Below the pieces are notes generated by a model that saw only the letters and a list, made by a program, of their open reading frames with translations, had not been told where the DNA came from and searched no databases. Both the position numbers and the translations under genes were made by a program. DNA of 64,000 bases, taken from the NCBI GenBank assembly GCA_964016885.1, contig OZ024741.1:204786001-204850000 (forward strand), given 5' to 3'. Positions 45,792-57,700 of this stretch are shown piece after piece. This DNA is from Eledone cirrhosa (taxonomy: Eukaryota). The stretch's first letter is position 1, and each line of letters begins with the position of its first letter.

Positions 45792-48700
45792 GTCAGTAAA
45801 ATACATACTCATCAGTACTTATTTATTTATTTATTTATTTATTCATCCACCTCGCTGCCCCAATAACAGCCATAGCGGCTACATGTGCCACATTTAATTT
45901 ATTTTAGTTGTAGCTTCATTTAATGAAAATAGAGACATTAGTTTCCTTAAATAAGTATAACATTAGTTATTTATCTAACGAAAATTTGATATTTAATGAA
46001 AGGTTTTAAAAATGAACTATTTTCTTTTTTGTACTACTTTCTGTGAGATAACATGACGCAGAACACCTACTGTTCTGCGTCAGAAGTATTCTACTTTTTA
46101 ACATGTATGAGCCATTTTCGTTTTTGTGAAAGTTTTAAATGTGTTTTCGTTTTATTTATTTTAGTGATGACTATAAATGTTTTCATTGTAATTGTTAATC
46201 CGTATTCGCATATGTGTGGTTATCAATAACAGAAAATAGAGTATTGCATATTTCCCCCATTATTAGCTGACGTATTGAGCGAACTATTTATGGTGTCCCG
46301 TACTTGACGAAACTTAAATCGTTAATATTTTTTAACTATCTTTACATGACATTTAAAAATAATTGAATATGAAAAGGTTTTTTAAATTTAGTTTATAATT
46401 CATAGGTTGACAGAAAACTTGTTTCATTCGTGTTTAAATGCACATGTGAAAACTTGTTTTTTTATCATTGTACTTGTTCATTAGAAATATTTCTTTATTG
46501 TTTATTTCTGTTATATTTCACACAACATTAAATAACAAAGAATTAAAAAAAAATTCTAACCATCACATGTTTTACTTGTGGGCTTCCATAACTATGTTAT
46601 TGGCATGAAAGTTTGCTTAATTGTTTTCACGGTTGATAGATCGGCTTAATCCAATGAAAATCTCGGAAAGGGACGAGTCTGTGGCCGTCGTGTATAGATA
46701 GTGAGCATTTGGATTGGCAGTATCCGTAGAGGGTCGGACGCCATGCTTTGACTTATAGAGTTACGGCCCTTGCCATTCTGAGCTCAAATCCCGCCGAGGT
46801 TAACTTTGCCTTTCATCCTTATGGGGTCGATAAAATACCAGTAATGCCTTGTGCCAAACGTAGAAACAATTAAATGTTAACATTTTGTAATGATTTGGCA
46901 GAAAATATCTAAAAATGAGTTTATCTATTTCAAATCTGTGTGAAAATTTGCAATAATGTGATGCAGCCATAGTCATACTTTCTACTTTTACAAGAATACC
47001 ATTCTAATCCAGTTTCATTTTAATAGGTGGGGGTTGTATGAATCCTTTTCAAAATTATCCCTATTTTCAGTGAAAATAATATACAACCCACTGCAGCTCT
47101 CTAATAGTGATATTTCTTTGAGTCAGTGTTTACAATCTATTACATATGCTGGAATACTTAACCCCTTTGATACCAACCCACCCAAAACCAGGTCTGGTTC
47201 TATAAAACAAAATCACTCACTTATTTCGGTATTATTATAGAAAGACATCCTCACCGATTTCAGTGGGGAAATAAATTTTTTTCGTGTCCTTTTAATTAAA
47301 CTTACATCCTAATATGGTATTAAGGACCCTTTTCCTTGGAGAGGGGAGTCCCCCGCCCGCATTCAAGTTTTCTTCACCATTTCTTTTTCGTGTACTACAA
47401 ACTAATCTTACCGCCGAGCATCCTGCAAAAGGACCCCCCGGAAAATGGAGGAGGGACCCTCGGACTCCCCCCCCCCTCCATAGGGTTAGAGGGTAAAGAA
47501 AACTCCAAGAATGGGGTCAGCAGATCCAAGGGTCTTCTCTGTTTTCCATGAAAAAATCTTGTAGGTAAGATTAGTTGGTAGTTCACGAAAAACCGAAGGG
47601 GAAAAAATGAAAGAGGAAAAAAAGAAAACTTAAGTTACTTGGTAATGAAATAATTTTTTTTAAATCCTCAAAATTCTTCTTTCGTTAATTATATTTCTAA
47701 TGAAAGGCATTACCAATGTGTGTTTTTTTGTTTTTAATATTTGAAAATGATCAATTATTTGGAGGGAATTATAATATAACTAATATTCTTGGAATATAAC
47801 CAAAGTTCTTACATAAAATTATAATGCAAGGTTTTTGAATAAATATTGATACTGTGAAACAGTCATATATCATATAACCAAGGGTGGTTTGGTATCAAAA
47901 GGATTAATTGAAATAGAGTTGCATTTCAATTAGAGATATGATCACGAAAGAGTTAGGAACAATTTTTTTTTTACAAATAATGTTTTACATTTTATTTTAA
48001 AAAGTGACTTCCTGGTTTACTCAACAGTGTTTGATTTGGGTTTGTTTAGTAAAGAATATCTTTGGCCAGTCATGGGTAAACTGTGGCTCGTTTGGTTTTC
48101 TAAATGATATGCCTAACTTTAAAATTGCCTTGAATCTGTTAGTAATGTGGTCTACTTCATGATGAGCCATATAGAAACTAATTGTTATATCCTATGAGGC
48201 CTACTGCTCAAAAGGGGTTGCCCATGCTTGTCTTAAGAAGTAGTTTTTTCCTTGCTAACTGCCTAACTACCCTTTCATTACCATATTTCTAATGAAAGAC
48301 TGCATATTGATTTTGGGGAAATTTAGTAATATACTAGCAGAATGACCCGGTGTTGCTCGGGATTTGCTCTAGGGTTCTTATATATTTGATATATATTTAA
48401 CCTTATCGAGCCTCGTGAAATAAATACGTTTCTTTATTCTTTATATTTTGTTATTGTGTATGCAAAAATATCTGTACACGAATATATAATTATATATATT
48501 CGTGTACAGATATTTTTGCATAATTATATATATATATATTAAAATAACAGATTAAAATTTAAGCAAAGAATCGCAGCTTTCGCCCTTAACGGGATCTTCT
48601 GAAACAAAATAAATAAATCTGTGAACGCAGAAGTAAATATTTCGAAAAACGTTACACACACACAGATAGCGACGTCATAACTATATCTGTCTAAAAAGAA

Positions 48701-51700
48701 AGACTAAGAATTATAGAGAGAGATCGCTAAATTGTGTAATGCCGTCCCTAGGGCATTGAAAATTTGAAATATTTTTTGCTCAAAACACTCACAGAACCAT
48801 AAGAGTATTACATGTGTAAAGTTTGAAAACAATCGGTTTGGTGGTTCTCGAGTTTTAGGGAGTCAGACAGACATTCTCTCTTTTAGATATATAGATGACT
48901 TTCTCATTATTAAGCTGGCATTTAGAATATAACAAAGTTTCTTACATAACATTATGATGGAAGTTTTTTTTGTAGTTTTTCCATGATAACATGGCTTAGG
49001 CAGGTTGCCTTATTGTGAGACAAGCCAGGTCTGGTGACCATGACTTGCTGATACAGGATTGATTCTGGTTTGGTTTCTACAGCTGGATGCCCTTCCTAAC
49101 ACCAATCACATTTACAATGTGTGCTGGGTGTTTTTTGTCATGACACCTACACAACCACTTTACAGTGTGGGCTAGGCGTTGTGTTGCCATCCCGACTACA
49201 GAGTAGGCTGGAGATTTGAAGGGGATTGAGGAGGTAGATTTAGGGGCAGGGTGTTCTGACATGGGAGGGGTAAAATAGTGCGTGTAAGATGTATGCTTCA
49301 ACCCATGCACATGGGAAAGAGTCTTCTGTATTACTTCATAACGCCAGAGATCTTGATCCTGTGTCATTGCCTTCAAGAGGTGCTATTGTGCAAGGTCAGC
49401 TTTTATCACCTCATCCCTAGTCTTCCTGTACCATAGCTTCCATCAACCTTGAGCCCCACTTTATAACCAACAATTTTGTATCATTGAACCAGGGGCAGTT
49501 TCTGGTAGGTTGATATTAAAAGGGTTAAATATGTTCTATAGGCAAAGGACTAGGTAAATGGTTTCAGGTGATTGTAGTACAGAGGTTCTTTTGTTTACTA
49601 CCATGTAATGATTTAGCAGAAAATATCTAAAAATGTGTTACTTCAGATCTTTATTGTATCTTAACTAGTGGACAGATCATTGTAAAACATTACAGTAAAC
49701 TAAAGACTTTAATTTTTAATGTGATGCAGTTTTAATGTTGTTTTATACTTTTTAAGATTGTCATGGTAATGTGGTTTCATATGGTACAGGTTAATAAATG
49801 TTAATTGTGGGTCTCCCAATGGGCTACAACTTCTGCTGTGAACTCTTTGTATACTCTTATCAAGGTTCACAGTCTGGAGTTTTACAATGTTGTGGAAGGT
49901 TGTGTGGTAATGGCTTGTGGCTCTGATTCATCTTTCCAGATCTTATAGACTTCCATAAGTGTATCTGTTAATGCTTTTGTTACCATATTTATAATGAAAT
50001 ATTTTGTATTTTAATTATTTAATGAAGAATAAGGAAGGATTAACTGAAATTATAATTTTGTTAAGATGGTATTTGTAACATAACAAAATGTTCTTATATA
50101 AAATAATGTGGAATGGTTTTAATTTAAGTAGGAACCCTTTAAAATGGGTGGTCTTGTTTCTTAGAAACAAGCAGTTTTGGGCAGGTTAGTATCTGAAGGG
50201 TTAAAGAAAATTATAAAAATCCACTCTCTTCAATCTTATTGTTTGGGGCACTTCTATATCTTGACCAAGATTAGATGCTTAATCCTTTAGCATTTAAACC
50301 AGCCATATCCGTCCAGAATTTCCTCACCTCTTTCTGTTCAAACCAACTAACTAGCTGCTCATACTGACATTAAGGTATTGTTTTCAAAATAAATAACATC
50401 AAAATCTCATAGATTCAATATTATGTGAGATAATTATGTAAGATAAAGCCTTTACCACAAAATAGAGTAATGGGTTAAGTATATAGTAAAGTTGTTTCAT
50501 GAAAACATGAAGAAAATCATTATGTATGATTACTCTCTTATCACAACATATTGACATCTGTTGGGGAATAAGGCAAGGTTATATCCTTTTTTCCAACATT
50601 TCACAAAAACAGAGAACCATTTTATGATTGTTCTGCATAAAAACCTCTTGATATCGATTGGAGATTAATTTTTTCATTATCATATTTCTGCCTAATTTGT
50701 TTCATAAGTAAACAGATATTTAGAACAACAAACATTTCTAAAATAAAATTATGATGGAAGGTTTTAATATGAGTAGTTTTGTATCATTAATCGGTTTAAA
50801 TGCTAAAGGGTTAAAGACTAGCCTTTGTATCATGATCATACACCCCCCTAAAATTGTGTTTTGACTCCTGTCAGTTAAACAACATTTCCCACATGAAATC
50901 TGAAGTATATACTAGGAAAAGAATATCTTGTTGCAATAGTGAATTGAAATAGCTGCATACATCTTTCTTTATTCTTTTTATTATTGTTCATATCAACATA
51001 ATTCCTTTTCCAAATCTCCCATGCTCAAGATAGGTGGGTTGCTTTTGCTTCTTGTAGGTATTTTTGTAGCAAGAAATGTTTTACATAATAGGTCTGTTAA
51101 CTCTATACTTGGCCTTCAATTTCTGTTTAGCAGCTTGCTTTTGTGCTACGTTGTAGGAGGAGTCATTTTGTCTTCTGAAGGGTCCTGCAAGTTCTAGGGG
51201 CAATTATGGTGAACTAATAATAATAAAAAAAATATTGTGTTAGAAGTGTGTTGTGAACATATTTTATATCAATACAAGCAATGCATTTTCACTGCTAGCT
51301 GTGATTATAGTTAAATACTATGATTGCATTGCATATGTGACTGGGATATGTTTTCCATCAATACAAATTGTTGTATACCATTTCCTACTGATAGATGTGA
51401 TTATTGTCAGAAAATATAGAGGAAGATGAAAACATAAAGTAGGCTCCTCATTCATTTCTGGAAATTACAATAGAGTCTATCGTTTTTGAAATTATCAGTG
51501 ACAGCAGTTATTCTCAATGTATTCAGCTGCTTAAAATCCAATGGAACTAATAGATGATTATTGTGCATGTGGTTGAGATGTCTCGAGAGTGTGAGATTTA
51601 ACCCTTCATTAAACTTCTAACTAGCTGAGGTACCCGGCTTTGCCTGGGAGAACAGTTAAAAGAAGATGGATAAAAGAAAAAAATGACTGTATTGGATGTG

Positions 51701-54700
51701 TTCTCTGGTTTACAGTATGAGGTGAGACTGTAATGTATGTATGAGAGAGAGAGAAACAAACAAACAAAAAAAAAGTAATAAATCTTCCTTATTAGGCTGG
51801 GTGAGTAGACTGCCAGTTAAATGGTAGCATTGGCCTTGGATTTTAAATGTTGTGAAATAACCATAGTCAGTATGATCTTTTTCAGCTCCAAAGGACCTCA
51901 TCTGAAAATTGCTTCTGAAGTGTTTAGCTTTGTTAGTATTGTCTGTAAATGGATAAAAGCTGGAGGGTCTTCTGTCAGTGCAAGTTTCCTCCTAAGCAAC
52001 ATATGCCAACCATGGTACCAATCGCGACTTTAGGATCATTTCTATAATCTTTCAATGGATCGTCTGAAAACGCAGCTCTTAGCCAGTTTATTCTGCCTTG
52101 AAGAGTCGTTTGTACTTATTGAGTTTACATTGCAATTGTCATTGCCTGTTGGTGATTTTCATATTGAACCTCTGTTTATTGCGATAGTCTTTCTTCTTGC
52201 CTTAATCTTTCTGTTTCCTGTCTCAGGTTCTGTACACTTTCAGAAAGTTGCGATCTCCCGTCTCATATTCTGAATTAGGTCAATAATAACATGGCACTAT
52301 CCTCAAAAAGCTAAATTAATATACACCGTAGATTAATTTAAAATAGTTTCTACTTTTGGCACAAGGCCAGCAATTATCCCAGTACATTACTAGTGCTTTA
52401 TTTTATCGACCTCGTAAGGATGAAATGCAAAGTTAACCTTGGCCGGATTTGAACTCAGATCGTAAAGGGCCGCAACTCAATGCTGCAAAGCATGGCGTCC
52501 AACCCTATACAGATACTGCCAATACACCGTAGATTAATTTCAAATAGTATCAATGTTTTGTGTTCTGTAAAATCAAAGACTGGTGTAAACTGACTTTATA
52601 ACAGCTAACGCAATTTTGTTAAACATTTAACTGATACTTTGATCTATAGTTTAAGCTGATTCTAGACTTTTGTGGGACAACTCTCTCTCTCTGTGAATAT
52701 CTAACACTTTAATTGTATCTCTCTCTATATAACGGCCTATCTCTCTCTCTCTCTCTCTCTCTCTGCCTTCCTCCTGTGTTTCCCTCTCTTTGGATGTGTG
52801 TATGTTCGTTATGTCAGTTGTCACAGAAATGTATGTATACTCACACGCACATACACTCACACGCACATACTTGTCAGTCAACACGTGTGTGTGTATCTGA
52901 TTAAATATTTAGGTGAAGATAATGTGTATGCAACTTACTAAGGCCTAACGTATGCAAACACACACACTCACAGACACATACACATATACAAAATGTGACA
53001 TTGTCGATGTTTTAAAATGTTGTTTAATATAGGTGACTATAGAAAGATTATTTTAGATAAAATGTTATATTGTTTTAATCTAAATAAAAATGACATGTTA
53101 ATCTTGGGATCTAATCTGATTTGATTTGGTCGTGCCGTTTGAGAATGCATAAGGAAACAGACAGACAGACAGACTGAGACAAAGAATTTTATATATAGAG
53201 AGATGAAATATTGTCAGAAAATACAGAGGAAGATGAAAACATAAAGTAGGCTCCTCATTCATTGGTATCAAATAATTTTGAAAATAATCAAGAATTTGGA
53301 GGCATTTAATCAAATATCTTTAACCTGGTGTTTGGAACAATGGTTCTTACATAAAATTATGATGGACAGTTTTAAGATAATTATAAGCATTTTAAAATAA
53401 ACAGTTTTGGATCATAGAAGTGGGGACAGTTTCAGATGGTTTGGTACTGAAAGAGTTAATAGGTTGAGTATAGACTAGCTTTGAAGCAGTGTGTATTGAG
53501 AATAATGGTGAGGAAGACAATTTCAGTGAATTAATTCTGAGAGTAACTTTGCTATATTTTAATGAGTTGGTTGCAGAAGTGAAGGAGTACTTTTGCTTTT
53601 AGTTTAAGCAATAACTTCTAGCTTCTGGTGAGTTAGGTTCTTGAATTTCTGTATATGAAATCTAAATTTTGGATGGAAGTAGTTTGTTGGTTAACATATG
53701 TTAGCAAGACAATTAAGAATATGTGTAGAATCATTAGAATTATTGCTAAAAAATATTTTTATTTTTGAATAAATGGATCATTGATTAAGAAAGATAGAGG
53801 TAAAAACAGAGCATTCAGAGTATGAGTAAATGAAATGAAATTTACAACTCGCATATTATTTCCTTGATTTATTCAACTACCTTATAACATGTATTGGGGT
53901 ATCTTTCAAAGCAGAAATACTTTCAAATATCATACTTTCCTGACACAGGCTACCCTGATGGTGAAGGATACTGACACCATCTTGACTTCAATAGACATGT
54001 TGGGCTACACCAAGATGGATTATAGTGTGCATGGAAGCTATGCACTTGGGGCGAAACATGAAGAAGGATCCAGACTCTTGGATTTTGTGATGCAAATCAC
54101 TTGATAATCTGTAACACAATTTCAGGAAACCAGCCAGCCACTTGATTATCTACTAATCAGATAATCATACTGGCCAGATAGACTTTATTCTCACTGGAAA
54201 ATAAGATAGGCAGATAGTTGTGAATGCTAAAACTCACCTTTGGGAAGAATGCACCACTCAACATATGTTAGCGATTAGTAACTAGATGCCCAAAGAAACC
54301 TAATATAGTCTGGAGAAGAAAGATTAGGAAATTAAAGAGCCATCAAACAGCCATAGGTTTAGAAACATAGTAGATGAAACCCTTGACTTAGAGGATGAGA
54401 ATTAAAGACTTATAACTTAGCGGGCAACTGGAAACTCCTACTGGACAACCTACTGAGAACCACAGATGAGATTTGAAGATGAAGCAAGGTACCAGCCAGA
54501 GGGAAGGTGATGTGGTGGAATAGTATTGTATATAGGGCCATAAAAACTATGAGAGAGGCATGGAACAATACAAGTAGCGAGAAGAGAAGCTAGATATTGG
54601 GTTTCTTTAGCAAGTGTAAGAGGTTTGCCAATGTTCTGCAGTGTGAGGATCAGAGATGTGAAGTGTTTTGAATTGCAAGACAATGTACAAAAGAAAACCA

Positions 54701-57700
54701 AGTCATCGTTGGGGAGAAGTGTGTATGAAGTGACAGTAGCACACTTACTTTACTAATGTCAAAAAGAAAGATGCATGGAAGTGTTGCAAGTGAGAGGTTA
54801 CTGAATCAGGAGAATGCATGAGAGAGTGAAGATCTTCCCCAAGCAGATCCAACTGAGGGAGCACCCATCAAAATTGACAGCAGTATGGTAGATAAAGCCA
54901 TTAAGGATATGAAAGTAGGGAAGTTAGCTGATCTTTTAGGGATTGCTGGTGAGATGATTAAACTATTCAGTGGAGCTGGACAATTACTCAGTAAATCAAG
55001 TAGTGCAGGAAGATTCATACTTGATTACTGAAGTAACAGCGTTATTGTCAACTGTTATAAAAATAAAGGAGATGCATTAGAGAGAGGCAGCAAATTATTG
55101 GATCAGGTGCACAAGGCTCAATAGAAAACTTTTGCTATTTAGGTGGCCTCATTAGTAGGTTGTAGTTTGTCTGCGTAAGAAATTCAATGTTTCATGTTAG
55201 TGAGACATGGGCAGTGATTGCAGCAGATTTGTGAAGGCTGAACAGAAGTAAATCAAGCATACTTCGATGGATGTGTAATGTACTAACAGGGATGAACTGA
55301 CAGAAAAAAATGAGCATATGAGGCATCAGATGCAGTGAAAAGGAAAGAAGATGGCACTGGTATGGATGATGATTGTTGGTTGAAGAGATGCCAGTGGAAG
55401 CAAGCTGCAGTTAAGGAAGACAAGGGCACAACAGGTGAGAGCTGATGTCAAAATGCTGAAACACACTGTAAAGATGGCAAAGGAATCCAGAGAGTGGAGG
55501 GAGGCTGTGTTGGAAAAGACCCATCCAACCTATGCAAGCAGAAGGAGTTTATCTAATTTTATTTATTCAGTTTCTTGCAACATAGCTATGATGTTTCAGA
55601 GCTGGTTGTTTGCTAAGCTTCTTCAGTTATATATCTAGTTATTTGGTTGTGTGTCTGTAGGAAATGTTAGGAGGTAGGGAGCAGGTAAGGATGAGAGGGG
55701 GGGGGGGGCTGTAGTAACAATATGGGATGTTTGTCAGCAGTATCATAGGATACATTTTTGGCTGTAATTTGATATAGTCAATAGTAAGCAAGTAAAGGTT
55801 ATAGTTTTCGTTGTTTTAGTTCAAGAGCTATCCATATAAAGTTAGATATACCCCTATATTTGAGTGGGTGTTAATTTCATTTACTAAGAGTTGTTTAACC
55901 TTTTAGCATTTACATTTCTCTATATTTTCTATTGTATTTTCACAGTAAACACTTTATCTCACATGATATTGAATCTACGAGATTTTGATATTATTTATTT
56001 TGAGAACAATACCTTAACATAAGTATGAGCTGCCTGTTTGAAAAGAAAGAGGTGAGAGAATTTTGGCCGGATACGTCCTGCTTAAATGTTAATAGATTTT
56101 TGATTCTTGATTCTTTTTTCCATTTTTGTTTTGTCTTGGTTGAGTTAACACGTTTTTATTTGTTTTATTGAATCAATTGGTGTATTTTTATGCCACAAGG
56201 TTGTGATTGTACTTAGGGAAGGGGTACCATAGAAGTAGTTGATAGCTTCTGTTACCTAAGTAACCTAATTGGAAATGGAGCAAGTTACTCTGAAAGCATA
56301 ATAGCTAGAATTAGAGCAGGATAGAAAAGGTTCAGGGAACTATTACTTAGTGGTTCTACATCATATATAAATTAGATTATTCCCAGATATGTTGCACAAA
56401 ATTCCAAAAACAAACATATAAATAGCAATAGCATAATCCTTATGACCTCTACCTCTGTTGACAACAAAGGGATTTTCTCTCCAAGCAAAAAGTAGATAGT
56501 ATATACATGCCTGTATAAGAAATGTGATGTTGCATGGCAGTGAGTCATGGGCATTGAATGCAATGGATATGTGAAGGTTGAAGTGAGCATGTTTGATTGG
56601 ATATGTAATGTTAGTGTGTTTGAACAGTAAAGTGTAGATGAGCTGAGAGAAAAACTGGGTATAGGAGGAATCAGATGTAGTGTGCAAGAGAGAAGACTAC
56701 ACTGGTATAGATACATGATGCATATGGATGATTGTTGTTAGGTGAAGAAGTGCCAAGAAAGCTGCAGTAGAGGAAGACCTGGGCAAAAGTGGTGAGAGTT
56801 GGTCGCGAAATGCTGAACCTCACAGAGGAGATGACAAAGAAATGCAACATCTGGGGGCAAGTTGTGCTAGAAACGACATCATTAATGCCAAGCTATATCA
56901 GCTTTTGCTTTTCTTTGGTAGTATGGTTCTTTTCATCAGTAGTATGGGAACGAGAGATTTGGCATGCATAGAGAACTGCTGGTCTTCCACAAAAACCCTT
57001 GCTCAGGCCTGCATCTTGTAGATACCAAACTATGGTCATCTCTGGTTTAAGAGGACCTATTGGGCATGGATTCATTGAAGCTCCGTCTGGCAATGGACTT
57101 GGTAAACACCCACAAAATTATTAACCATCTCGCCAACAACAACCCTGAGCACCTTTTTGATCTCCATGTATCTAACACATGTAGACATGCCTACAAAGTC
57201 AGAAAACAGCACAGCTCCCATGACTTTCGGAAACATTTTTTTCACATTTAGAGTTGCTGAAGCATGGAACAAACTACCTGCGTCAGTTGTTAGCTGCCGA
57301 GACACTGCATCCTTTAAAAACCTCATGCTTCCCGAAATTTGCCAAAACTACACCTGATGTCCCTCTTCCATACACATGCACACATGTGTATATCATGACT
57401 CATGCACTGTTCATTTTCCTGACGTTTGTACATTACCCTGTGTATGATACATACACTTTTGATGAGTTGTAGTGCACCTGAGCACTTAAACACAATATTT
57501 TCATTATTATTATTATTATTATTATTATGAAAGTAGAAACAATTATTATTATTATTATTAAAAAAAGGAAAATCAGGGTAGAGAGGGAAGTGCTCTCTTC
57601 CCAGCATTTTGTTGAAAGATGGGTGAGAGAGGCAAGAACGGCCAGAGTGAATGGATCTACTCTGAGTATATGCCTGTAAATTGAAGGTGGAAAACTGGGA

